The notes under the pieces are model-generated. The model had not been told where the DNA came from. It worked only from the letters and a program-made list of their open reading frames with translations, and ran no database searches. A DNA stretch of 64,000 nt from contig OX597839.1 of assembly GCA_951406725.2 (NCBI GenBank), forward strand, positions 3,348,001 through 3,412,000. The letters are read 5' to 3'. This DNA comes from Octopus vulgaris. Its lineage: Eukaryota. Below are positions 40,959-54,698 of the stretch, piece after piece. Both the position numbers and the translations under genes were made by a program. Position 1 is the stretch's first letter; every line of letters starts with the position of its first letter.

Positions 40959-42825
40959 TATAGAAAGAGACCTCAATATTATGTAAATAGAGGAAATTTA
41001 TCTGTAAATTAATATGTTACTATTATTCAATAGTCAAGATAAACCTCTGAGATTCAGATGCCGAAGTGGAAATCCACAACACCATCTCTTCGGTTATCTG
41101 GCCATCTGAAAAACGCTATGAAAAAATACCGTTATATAAAGGGAAATTACTGTGTTATAATTCCGCTACTTATATAAATTAATATTAAATGTTCATAGTA
41201 AACACGTAAACATGGCTACTCATACGCTCACATGTGCGCTCGCGGACCCGCGTGCGTACTAATACGTCACTATGAAAACGTACACATCTTCACTCGCATT
41301 TTCCGCCAAATGTATACGCATATATATACAAACTCATACACACACGCGTACCGTAAAAGTTCATACATACGTTTATATACGCACAAGCACAAGAAAAACA
41401 TGGTTAAAGGTAACAATACAGAAAAAACATAAGGAAGTATACAAAGCATAAAAGCCACGTTCATATAAGGCCAGGGCCTTAAGCTAAAAGCATTAAGCCT
41501 CTGGGAAAGGCAAACGAATATATACAAGGACGTAAACAAGAACAGGAACAAAAACGAGAAAGCTAGAATTATATACGTACGAGAGAACGCCCAAGCACTG
41601 GAATCGATTCGTACGAGTAAAATTATTCAAGGCGGTGCCCCAGCATGGCCGCAGTCTAATGATTGAAACAAATAAAAGATACAAGATAATCACTTTGAAA
41701 GCCTTGACAGGAAAACTCTTGCGTTAGGTTGTGAGGTTAAGAAGCTCGCTTTGCAGGGCCTCGGGAGTGAATTTGGTAGACGGAAACGGTGTGGAATCCC
41801 GCTGTACACATATTACTTAAGAATGGGAGAGAGGAATGAGAGCGAGAGAGAGAGAGAGAGAGAGAGAGAAATGTAGAGACAGTAAGAGAAAGAGAGAAAG
41901 TGGGAGAGAGAGAGAGATTACAATTTATAAATTGAGCACGATTGACATAACTATCCTTCCTCTCCTTATACACACAAAGAGGAATATGTTCACCGAGAGA
42001 GAGAGGGAGAGAGAGAGGGAGAAAGAAAGACAGAGTGGGAAGTGGGAGCAATTATAATTTACTAATTGAATATGATTAACATAAACACTTCCCCTCTCCT
42101 CAAACACATAAAGACATAGGAGAGAGAGAGAGAGAGGGGGAGGATGAGAGAGAGGTAGAGGTAGAGTGAGAGAGGTTGAGAGAGAAAGAGAGTTAAGTAG
42201 AGAGAGAGAGAGATGTAGAGTGAGAGAGGTTGAGAGGGGAAAAGAGTTAAGTAGAGAGAGAGAAAGAGAGGGAGAGGGAGGATGAGAGAGAAAAAGAGTT
42301 AAGTAGAGAGAGAGAGGGAGAGGAAGAGAGAGAGAAAAAGAATGAGAAGGAGGATGAGAGAGAGGTAGAGTGAGGGAGGTTGAGAGGGAAAGAGAGTTAA
42401 GTAGAGAGAAAGAGAGTGAGAGAGGTATAGAGAGAGAGGCAGAGAAAGAGAGTGAGAGAGGTATATATATATATAGAGAGAGAGAGAGACAGACAGACAG
42501 ACTGGAAGATTACAGTTTATTAATTGAACATGACTCACACGAAGTTTTCCTGTCCTCATACACATAAGTAGAAATCTGCTCACATGTATAAAGAGAGAGG
42601 GTGAAAGCCTGAGAAAGAAAGAAAGGAAGAGAGATAGACAGAAGGAGGGAGCGAAGGAAGGAGCTGACGGGATAAACATGAAAACGTCTGATGTCAAATA
42701 ATTTAGCGTTAATCAGTGACGCCAAAACGGACGAGCCCAAAAATAGACGTGCCGAAACGGCTGACGCCAAACCGTTTCATATTCACATACAGATGGAGGA
42801 AGTTAGAAACGTTAAACAACTTGAA

Positions 42826-43240
42826 GGCAGCGAGCTGGCAGAATCGTTAGCACGCCGGACGAAATGCTTAGCGGTATTTCGTCTGCCGTTACGTTCTGAG
42901 TTCAAATTCCGCCGAGGTCGACTTTGCCTTTCATCCTTTCGGGGTCGATTAAATAAGTACCAGTTACGCACTGGGGTCGATATAATCGACTTAATTCGTT
43001 TGTCTGTCTCTGTTTGTCCTCTCTGTGTTTATTTAGCCCCTTGTGGGTAGTAAAGAAATAGGTATTTCGTCTGCCGTTACGTTCTGAGTTCAAATTCCGC
43101 CGAGGTCGACTTTGCCTTCCATCCTTTCGGGGTCGATAAATTAGGTACCAGTTACGCACTGGGGTCGATGTAATCGACTTAAACCCTTTGGCTGTCCTTG
43201 TTTGCCCTCTCTGCGTTTAGCCCCTTGTGGGCAATAAAGA
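42826..43240 (+). mobile_element. SINE family B with internally tandem-repeated body, representative copy
   Basis: GGCGAGCTGGCAGAATCGTTAGC head and GAGTTCAAATTCCGCCGAGGTCGACTTTGCCTTTCATCCTTTCGGGG body. Copies at about 401-812, 7135-7530, 14840-14975, 20001-20221, 28575-29155, 30006-30360, 49165-49376 and 49728-49940. Confidence 0.85.
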
Positions 43241-43799
43241 AAGAAGAAACGTTAAACAACTTTACACGAGTTTTTCATAACTGAAGCAGATGCTGCTACG
43301 GCTGTGGTTATTATTGATGATGATGATCTTGAATAAAACATTGTGTCCCCTTTTCTCGCAAGTAACTCCTTCTATTAAACAACAATCAACTCTTTTTGTT
43401 TGGAGTGCGTACACCGTAACGATAGCATTACGTTCCTATTTATTCTCTTTCGAATTTCGCTTCAAATGTTTTTATGTACACATCTCGAACTGTGTGCTTT
43501 AGAAGAATAGATATTTTCACGTAGCTACGTTGTTTTCAATGGACGGTATTACTAGTTTCGTTGTTATATATATATATATTTATATGTTTTTACGGAAAAT
43601 TTCCGTTAGAATGTAGAATGTATCCTAATTTACGACATAGAAATAAATTTCGTGTTGTGAAATTACTGTTTTATGCAAAGATTTTAAGCAACGAAGGCTT
43701 CCACAACTTGAAGTCGCCTGACCTATATACGTATATGTATAAATACACACACACACGCATTTACATATATGTGTGTGTATGCGAACGCGTATTTGCACA

Positions 43800-44485
43800 A
43801 GTGACTAGGGTGTTTAAAAATACCTACATTGCTAGTAATAAGAGCTAAAATGTTCTAATGCTGTAGTTAACGGACACGAATAAAAACGTATATACTAACA
43901 GGGACGATAATCGTCCGAAAAATACCGACCGAGAATTCCTAAGACTGACGCGTCAGTTTCGGCAATTTCCATTGCCATCATCAGTTAAGCCAGCTCGGTG
44001 TTCGGCTGTTACCAGGTCTATTTGTCTATTAGCATATATGTTTTTGTCATCCAAATTAATGGATGATTTAGCGATTCGCTAATGTGTAAACACAAAAATT
44101 AATGTAAACAGCAGGTTGTAATATTTCATCAAGAAAGAAAACTATAATTGCCATTAAATGTGGCTAGCGTGTTAAAAATACCTACATTGCTAGAAATAAG
44201 GGCTAAAATGCTCTAATGTTGTAGTTAACGTACATGAATGAAAACATATATACTAACAGGGGCCATAACTGTCCGAAAAATACCGACCGAGAATTCTTAA
44301 GACTGATGCGTTCCTGTTAGTGTATAGGTTTTCATTTATGTGCGTTAACTACTGCATGCTCTAGTGCTCTTATTTCTTATTTTAGCTCGTATTTCCAGCA
44401 ATGTAGGTGTTAATTAACACCCTGGTCACGCATTTAGTGACAATTGTAATTTTTCTTTTTTGGTGAAACATTGCAACCTGCTGTT
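43800..44485 (-). repeat. 358-bp HHR-bearing unit: about 1.4 tandem copies plus a partial inverted copy
   Basis: 43808-43952 repeats at 44169-44311 (aagactga offset 358 nt); 44312-44485 is a diverged reverse complement of the same unit. Confidence 0.8.
43938..43989 (-). ncRNA. Type I hammerhead ribozyme, apparently intact
   Basis: Minus strand: CTTAA-CTGATGA-T-GGCAAT-GGAA-ATTGCC-GAAA-CTGACGCGTCAG-TC^TTAGG. Both core boxes, 6-bp stem II with GNRA loop, stem III, GUC triplet and 5-bp stem I (extended by CCGAG/CTCGG) are present. Confidence 0.92.
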
Positions 44486-44496
44486 TATGTTAATAT

Positions 44497-44530
<34 letters not shown>

Positions 44531-44590
44531 CTAGTTAGGTTGATATACATAGACAGACAGACAGATATGTAGATAGATAGATAGATAGAT

Positions 44591-44670
<80 letters not shown>

Positions 44671-44717
44671 GGATAGATAGGTAGATAAACATAGGTAGAT
44701 AGATAGACAGATAGATG

Positions 44718-44778
<61 letters not shown>

Positions 44779-45328
44779 GTTGATAAATAGATAAACATAG
44801 GTAGATAGATACATAGCTAGATAGATAAATAGACAGATAGATAGATAGATAGATGTGACCTTCAAAAACGGAAGTATATCAACATTTGTTTTCAAGACTA
44901 GATAAAAATTGATATATTCATACTGTCAGCCGATCCTAATTGGTAATATTAGTCGACAAGGATTTCTAAGTCACAATATACGAATGAATTTTATCATATA
45001 TTATAGTTAGTCAGAGCATGTGCATTTGCACAATTCATGTCTAAAGTGTAATTTTTTTTTTATGTGAAGGAAGGTGGGTGTTGGGATGATTTACAATGGC
45101 CCACAGGGCTATCCCAAATCACTGATGTGGTCGAGGGAAAAAGTAAGGCCGATACAACCAGGAATAAGTGCCGTCGCAGATGTCGGTGTCAGAACACAGA
45201 GCCGGAACATAATACACACCAATATTGCATTGCTTGCCGTCCAGTGCTCTAACAACTGTTTGTCTGTCTGTCTGTCTCCTCCTCTCTCTCTACCCCCTCT
45301 CCTCCACTCTCTCTCTCTCCCTCTCCCC

Positions 45329-45368
<40 letters not shown>

Positions 45369-45714
45369 ATATGAATGCGCATGGCTCAGTGGTTAGAGCG
45401 TTGAGCTTAAGATCGTGAGGTTGTGAGTTCGAATCCCGGACCGGGCAGCGTGTTGTGTTCTTGAGCAAGACACTATTTCACGTTGCTCCAGTTCACTCAG
45501 CTGTAGAAATGAGTTGCGACGTCACAGGTGCCAAGCTGTATCGGCCCCTTTGCCTTTCCCTTGGATAATACTGGTGGCGTGGAGAGGGAGGCCGGTATGC
45601 ATGGGCCACTGCTGGTCTTCCATAAAACAACCTTCCTCGGATTTGTGCCTCGGAGGGTAACTTTCTAGGTGCAATCCCATGGTCAGTCATGACCGAAGGG
45701 GGTCTCAGCTCAGC

Positions 45715-46230
<516 letters not shown>

Positions 46231-46814
46231 TCCTTCCCTCTGCTCCCTCACTCCCTCTCTCCCTCTTTCCTCCTTCATCCCCCTCCTCCCCTTCCTTCTC
46301 CCCCATCCTCTCCTCTTCCCCCTTCTCCTCCCCCTCTTCTTCCCCTCGCCTTCTCTCCCCCTCTTCTCCCCCTCCCCTCTTCTCCTCACTACACCACATG
46401 ACTTTACACATCACATCACATATGATGTGCCATACTAATACACACACCAACTAATACATACTAATACGTACTAATACATACCAGTACATACTAATACTTA
46501 CACCAACCCTATACATACACACGTCCAGACCCCGCATACGCACTTATACTCTCTCACACACACACACACACACCTATACATACCAATACGTACTAATACA
46601 TACTAATACATACTAATACATACACCAACCCCATACATACGCACGTCCAGACCAATCTTACGCACTAATACTCTCTCATACACACACACACACACACCCT
46701 TATACATACTAATACATACACCAACCCTATACATACACACATCCAGACCCCTCCCACGCACTTTTAGCTGGTCCCTCAACCCTTTTATCAACCCTATTAA
46801 CTCCCCTTATTTCG

Positions 46815-47080
46815 CTCTCGCGTCTCATGTTTGATCTTTGACCTCTGGCCGAAATCAGATCGCCATGTTGATTCGTTAGCTACTGCACGCATTTTTTTCT
46901 CTCCTTCTTTCTGTGTTTTTCTCTCTCTGTGTATCTTTCTGTTGAAGAGCGTAGGCTCGAAACGTTAAAGACTTGTTTTATTTATATTTCCTGAGCGCCA
47001 TACTAATACAATTGTTCGTTTGTTTTCCACCTGCCTTCGTCTTTTGTTTATTTTCATAAAGCTTCCCGTTATATATATAT
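46815..47080 (+). mobile_element. Short HHR-bearing PLE-derived repeat ending in (TA)n
   Basis: Copies at 50654-50900 (-), 51495-51640 (+) and 59110-59245 (+); relatives at 55093-55305 (-) and 60130-60330 (+). All abut TA runs. Confidence 0.65.
46934..46971 (+). ncRNA. Minimal hammerhead-like motif with U6 core variant
   Basis: TCTTT-CTGTTGA-A-GAGC-GTAG-GCTC-GAAA-CG-TT^AAAGA. Sister copies at 50758-50796 (-), 51503-51540 (+) and 59115-59150 (+). Confidence 0.65.
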
Positions 47081-47272
47081 ATGCTTTGCCGGATGTGCAA
47101 TGTCAGTGTGCATGTTTGACAGAGTGTAAGCATTTTCAGAGAAAAGTTAGGCATAAGAGGCATCAGATGTGGTGTGCAAGAGAGATGACTGCGCTAGTAT
47201 GGCGGTGTGATGCGTATGGATGAGGACAACTGTGTAAAGAAGTGCCGATCTTTAACTCTGGAGCGAACCTGT

Positions 47273-47339
<67 letters not shown>

Positions 47340-47885
47340 TATATACGCATATGTATATAATAAATACGCTAGTATGTATATGTATGCATACATATAGTCA
47401 AGGACGAAGGCTTACACATGCGTGCGCGCATACATACTCACATATAGTTATACGGCCACAAATCTATACACAACAGTACATGTACGTACTTGCACATTCT
47501 TACATAAACTCACATATGTGTGAGTGTATACATATACATGCATACATACATACATATATATATGTATATATGTATATATATATATATATATGTATATACA
47601 TATATATATATATACATACACACACACACACACACACACACACTTATATATATATATACATACATATATATATACATAGATATATACATAAATATATATG
47701 TTTGCATGTGTGTGAGTGAATATATATATGTATATATGTGTAAGAATGTATATATATATATATATATATATAGATATATATATATGGCTATATGTGTACA
47801 TATGTTATACACATACATATCATATATATATATATACATATATATAATTCGCATATTTATTGCCAAGTGCATGTGTGTATGTGCA

Positions 47886-47935
<50 letters not shown>

Positions 47936-48574
47936 TACACACATGCACTTGGCAATAAATATGCGAATGCAATTACTAACGATATCCATAGACCTTAGTA
48001 TTAATTAATTCCATTATGATCGACTTCACCTGATAAATCTCCCGTCTTTTCTTTCAATCAATCTTTCGCCCTCTGCTACACCTTTTCTTTTCATGCTCTT
48101 CCCCCACCCCACACCCCACCCGTCTCACCCACCCTCTCTCTCTCTGTCTCTGTCTCTGTCTATCTCTCACTACTATTCACGTATACGCCGCCATTCTCTT
48201 ACCCTATTAGTTTCATTCTTTGCCGTCAAAAGACTAGACTGCCGCGACACCAACTCAAGTTTTGTCATCGTACAACGTCAATGTTATAACCAGTATTTAC
48301 TAGGATGATTCATAGAAATTGAATGATTTCAATTAAACTTGCTGAAACGAAACTTTTTCATTCATTTATTTTTGTCTATTTTATTCGTTATTGTTCTTTT
48401 TTCTTTTTTTATTATTATTCTTCTCCTTCGAACAATACGTCCTGCACAAAGAGCAAGAAGTTGAGAAGTGAACCTTGTCAAAATGAATGGAAAGTACCAA
48501 ACCTAGAATCAATATTTCTCATACGTTAACAATCATAAAAAAGAAATTAATCAATGATAATAATAATAATAATG

Positions 48575-48605
<31 letters not shown>

Positions 48606-48649
48606 TAATAATAATGATAATGATAATAGTAATAATAATAATAATAATG

Positions 48650-48681
<32 letters not shown>

Positions 48682-48758
48682 AGTAATAATAATAGCAATA
48701 ACAACAACAACAATGATAATAATAATAGTAATAATAATAATAATGATAATAATAATAG

Positions 48759-48801
<43 letters not shown>

Positions 48802-48910
48802 GATAATAATAATAATAATCTTATCAGATAGGTAGTCATGAGGGGTATACTGGGCTTCGTATATTTTACCCCAGTGTCACTTTGATGGCATGCACTGCTC
48901 TCTCACTCAA

Positions 48911-48993
<83 letters not shown>

Positions 48994-49113
48994 GTAATAG
49001 TAATAATAATAATAATAATAGTAATAATAATAATAATAGTAATAGTGATGATAATGATAATAATAATAATAATAATAATGATAATAATAATGATAATAAT
49101 AATAATAATAATA

Positions 49114-49164
<51 letters not shown>

Positions 49165-49535
49165 GTTTCAAATCTTGCCACAAGGGAAGCAATTTTGGGG
49201 AAGGGGATGAGTCGATTACATCGACCCCAGTGTTTGACTTGTACTTATTTTATCGACCCCGAAACGATGAACGGTAAAGTCGACCTCGGTGGGATTTGAA
49301 CTCAGAACGTAACGATAGGCGAAATGCCGCTTAGCATTTCGTTCAGTGTGCTAACGAGCCTGCCAGCTCGTCGCCTTAATAATAATAATAATAATAATAA
49401 TAACAATAATAATAATAATAATAACAATAACAACAACAACAATGATAATAATAATAATGGTGATGATGATGATGATTACTTTTATTTGCCACCAGGGCGA
49501 AGGGCGAATGGGACAATACAAAAGCAGACATAAAG

Positions 49536-49596
<61 letters not shown>

Positions 49597-49676
49597 ACAT
49601 ATAATGGAATGATAAAAAAAGGAAAAGTCTAAATGGTACAAAAGGCGACAAGTATTCATAATATACAGCACTAAGA

Positions 49677-49727
<51 letters not shown>

Positions 49728-50635
49728 CCTTTCTATTAAAGGCACAAGTCTTGAAATTTTGTGGGATGGGGCTAGTCGATTACATCGACCCCAGCGTTTC
49801 ACTGGTACTTAATTTATCGACCCCGAAAGGATGAAAGGCAAAGTCAATCTCGGCGGAATTTGAACTCCGAACGTAAAGACGGACAAAATGCGGCTAAGCA
49901 TTCCATCCGATGTGCTAACGATTTTGCCAGCTCGCCGCCTAAATAATAATAATAATAATAATAATAATTTCATTTTGTCGTTTAATGAGAGAACACCTGG
50001 GATGTTTAACATGTGAGAGCGATAAAACACTGCTCCAAAATCTATCCGAAAACATCGGGAATAAAGACAACAAATTGAGCCTAAAATTCAATATTTTGAT
50101 GCTCTTTCTTGCAGCTTTTATTTGCTTCGAGATTCAACCTTCCAAAATAAATAAATTCACGTTTGCAGGGGCTGTGGGTATAGCAACAATGGTACGACTT
50201 TCTACCCTTGTCACTTTAGTATAAACATACGAATATATACAATGGGCTTCTTTCTGTTTCCGTCTACCGAATCTATTCAAAAGGCTTTGATTGGATTGAG
50301 GCTATAGTAAAAGACCGTTGCCCAAGGTGCCATGCAGTGGGATTGAATCCAGAACCATGTGGTTGGGAAACAAGCTTCTAACCACATAGTCACACCAGAA
50401 TAGATTATAATAAATTAATACATTAAACATGATACATGTATTATTTAATACATATAAAAAATATGAACAAATATCCATATAGACATATACATATACATAT
50501 ATACACACATATACATACATCAGCAAAGTGTATATACTATTTACATGTGTAAAATACATAAACACAATTAAACAATAGGTCCAAGTAGATCATGTTTAAT
50601 GTATTTATATTAATATTTTTAAAGTTCCTTATAAC

Positions 50636-50992
50636 CTCTGACGAGGCCTATGGTTATATAACGGGAAGCTTTATGAAAATAAACAAAAGACGAAGGCAGG
50701 TGGAATACAAACAAACAATTGTATTAGTATGGCGCTCAGGAATATAACTAAAACAAGTCTTTTACAGTTTCGAGCCTACGCTCTTCAACAGAAAGATACA
50801 CAGAAAAGAAACACGGAGAGAAACAAGGAGAGAAAAAAAATGCGTACAGAAGCTAGCGAATCAACATGGCGATCTGATTCCGGCCAGAAGTCAAAACCTA
50901 TTTTTAAATGCCTACAACCTCATTATGTTAACAACTATAGGCAATAAAAATAAAAATAACTACTTTTAGCCATAGGCTGAAACAGCTGTAAG
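50636..50992 (+). ncRNA. Hammerhead with a second element inserted in stem II
   Basis: CT-CTGACGA-GGCCTATGGTTA...(~310 nt)...TAGCCATAGGCT-GAAA-CAGCTG-TA^AG; the 12-bp base of stem II is preserved. Confidence 0.65.
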
Positions 50993-51413
50993 AAGTGATT
51001 TTAATGATTTCAATAATTTATATTATGACTTTTATAATTTGTATTCTTATCTTATATGTATTGAATTATAAGATATATATGTATGCTATTGAGGTTCTCA
51101 TTTTGTTAAATGAATAAATAATCCAACATTCTAGTATCCGAAAGTTGATGAACAAACTAAATTTGTTTCTCCATTTTCTTATTTATATTATTAATTTACG
51201 GTAAAAATATTTCTTTACCTTCACCCGTTTGATACAATAAATGAGTTAATTGCAATGCAATTAAAAACATATATGTATTAAGAATCTGGGTATAACCTCT
51301 GACGAGGCCTATGGTTATATAATGGGAAGCTTTATGAAAATAAATAAATCCAGTATATTGGATAAATACTATCCCATAGTGGGTTACACCCATAACCCCT
51401 ATCTTACTTCGTG

Positions 51414-51493
<80 letters not shown>

Positions 51494-51636
51494 TTCTGTG
51501 TATCTTTCCGTTGAAGAGCGTAGGCTCGAAACGTAAAAGACTTGTTTTATTTATATTCCTGAGCGCCATACTAATACAATTGTTTGTTTGTATTCCACCT
51601 GCCTTCGTCTTTTGTTTATTTTCATAAAGCTTCCCG

Positions 51637-51676
<40 letters not shown>

Positions 51677-51773
51677 TATATAGAAGGAGCTTCTACAGGA
51701 CTAGAACTGTTTCATTCAAACTATGTATTGAGTACCTTATTTACTGTGGTTAACCCCGAATCAACCCGGGACC

Positions 51774-51807
<34 letters not shown>

Positions 51808-51808
<1 letters not shown>

Positions 51809-52098
51809 CAATTGCAGCGTGGAAGGTGTTTGTAAGCCATTTAAGAAACACACAAAAGCCATTCGATTCACTTCACTTCAACATTTAAGTTTAATTTGTT
51901 AAAATAATTTCGTCGCATTAAGACCGCGACCTGTTCACGAACAAAAATCCGTGCTGCATTTTTGTCAATGAACAGGTCGCGGTCTTAAAGCGACGAAAAT
52001 AATTTGACAAATTAAACTTAAATGTTGAAGTGAATTGAATCGAACGGCTTTTGTGTGTTTCTTAAATGGCTTACAAACACCTTCCACGCTGCAATTGT
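51808..52098. repeat. Inverted repeat (arms ~140 bp, ~10-nt loop) between (TA)n tracts
   Basis: ACAATTGCAGCGTGGAAGGTGTTTGTAAGCC ... GGCTTACAAACACCTTCCACGCTGCAATTGT. Confidence 0.9.
51961..52011 (+). ncRNA. Hammerhead-like motif with C8 (RTGAACA core)
   Basis: TTTGTCA-ATGAACA-G-GTCGC-GGTCTTAAA-GCGAC-GAAA-ATAATT-TGACAAA. The mirror arm (51895-51944, -) reads GTGAACA at the core. Confidence 0.6.
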
Positions 52099-52154
52099 TT
52101 TCGTTTCAGCACACGATCTCAGATCAAATCACTTGCTATGCAGGTACATCTCCG

Positions 52155-52429
<275 letters not shown>

Positions 52430-54183
52430 TATATATGCATGCATACGTAAATGTATTATGTAAGAAAACGAGTTTGTTTACATTTGTGCTGGCTTTGAAA
52501 TTGTGTGAAGTTTTCTATTGTGTGTGAAAAAATAGTTGGTTCAGATGTATTTGTATGTGACCTGAACGTGGGAAGACTAGCGTTTTGTGAAATAGAGTGG
52601 GAGTTCAATTTCATTTGTGTTTTGTACATACCCATGTATGTATGCAATTATATATGTCGTTGTGTAAATGTGTGTGTGTGTATCAGAGACAGATCACTTT
52701 TGCTTTCTGGTTACGTGGTTTCTTTCTTTTTTTTTATATTTTAGGTTTAATTGTGTAAAATATTTCTAAGTGAACCTTTGTTTTTTTTTTTTTTTTTTTT
52801 TTTTTTTGCAATTGTCACACAGAATCGAACGACGTCACAGGGTTGTCATGACAACTGTTTATGTCACTGTGACAACAATAGAAGGTGCACTGAAGAAAGA
52901 CAATCAGATGTTTGAACTGTTCCCCCACCCCTTCCCGCCACTCTCCTTCACACACACCTTTCGGTTCTGCTCCCCCCCCCCCCCCTAAGCACCACCAGCA
53001 GCACTACCACCAGACGCACTACCACCTCCTCCCTCTCCACCAGCACCACCAGCACCACCGCCGCCGCCACCACCACCACCACCACACACACAGCTGTCTT
53101 TTTCTCAATCTCAATTTTTCACACTACAAAACTTTTTTTAATTGTCTTCCCAATTCTCTCTCCCACCGCTCTCTTCTTCTTCTTCTTCTTCTTCTTCTTC
53201 TTCTTCTTCTTCTTCTTCTTCTTCTTCTTCTTCTTCTTCTTCTTCAGCTCTCTTCTTCATTTTCTATCCTACTTCAATAGGTGGGTCATTCGCGATCCTG
53301 TTCCCAGATGCTAAGAAACTCATAAATGGGTTTGCAGGAAAACTTTTCTTTATATAGTTCTTTATATTTCGATGACCTCTTTACACAATCGATTAACTGT
53401 CGCCCATGTGAACATTAAACAAAATTTAATTAGAAATAAAATAAATACTGTGTGTCTCCTATTACAGCCCTGCGAGTGGATTTGGAAGACAAAACTGAAA
53501 GAAACCTGTCGTATATGGGTTACATCAAAACCGGTTATATTTTAAATCACTCACCGTAACGAAAATATTAAACATTCTCTAAAATATACTTTTCAAACTT
53601 TATTTATATTTTCAATTATATATATGTATATAATATATAGGCGCAGGAGTGGCTGTGTGGTAAGTAGCTAGCTAACCAACCACATGGTTCCAGGTTCAGT
53701 CCCACTGCGTGGCATCTTGGGCAAGTGTCTTCTGCTATAGCCCCGGGCCGACCAATGCCTTGTGAGTGGATTTGGTAAACGGAAACTGAAAGAAGCCTGT
53801 TGTATATATGTATATATATATATATGTATGTTTGTGTGTCTGTGTTTGTCCCCCTAGCATTGCTTGACAACCGATGCTGGTGTGTTTACGTCCCCGTTAC
53901 TTAGCGGTTCAGCAAAAGAGACTGATAGAATAAGTACTGGGCTTACAAAGAATAAGTCCCGGGGTCGATTTGCTCGACTATAGGCGGTGCTCCAGCATGG
54001 CCGCAGTCAAATGACTGAAACAAGTAAAAGAGTAAAGAGTATATATATATATATATATATTAATAGTTATCGCCAAGCTAATATGGTAGTCCATAAATAT
54101 AAGACTAAACGATAACTATTGGCGATAACTATTAATATTCCGTACCGCTGCCGTAGTCTCCTTTAGAGAGACTTAGAAATTTT

Positions 54184-54242
<59 letters not shown>

Positions 54243-54243
54243 T

Positions 54244-54287
<44 letters not shown>

Positions 54288-54324
54288 TCTTTTACTTGTT
54301 TCAGTCATTTGACTGCGGCCATGC

Positions 54325-54698
54325 TTCGGCCAAAATTACTGTCATCTGATCAAATAGACACTCGGGTCTCAGTTGCACAAGAACTTCTTGATTGTGTGGA
54401 GAAGGATGAAAACTTTTCGAAAACTTTGCGTAGGCCTCTGAGCAGGTATCGCCAAGCTTTTGGCAAAATTTGATGCAGATTCTCTGCTCAACCTTCTCTG
54501 TAATGATCAATGCTACGATCACACGTTACCCACCTTCCTTCCAATCACTGCTGTAAACAACGAAGGTGAGCTAGAACGCTAAAACTTAGTGCGCATGCAC
54601 AGTAGAGTTCAAGGTCAATCTGTGTCAAGCGACTTTACACTGCGTGCTACAGCTTCGTTACTATGGCAACAGTTCGGATACTTATTAATCAGACCACG
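54325..54698 (-). mobile_element. Mariner 5' fragment
   Basis: TA-CGTGGTCTGATTAATAAGTATCCG TIR on the minus strand; VEQRICIKFCQKLGDTCSEAY HTH start. Confidence 0.75.

Noticed and set aside
48487-49299. Poly-N/I/L ORFs
   Set aside because: (AAT)n and (ACT)n microsatellites.
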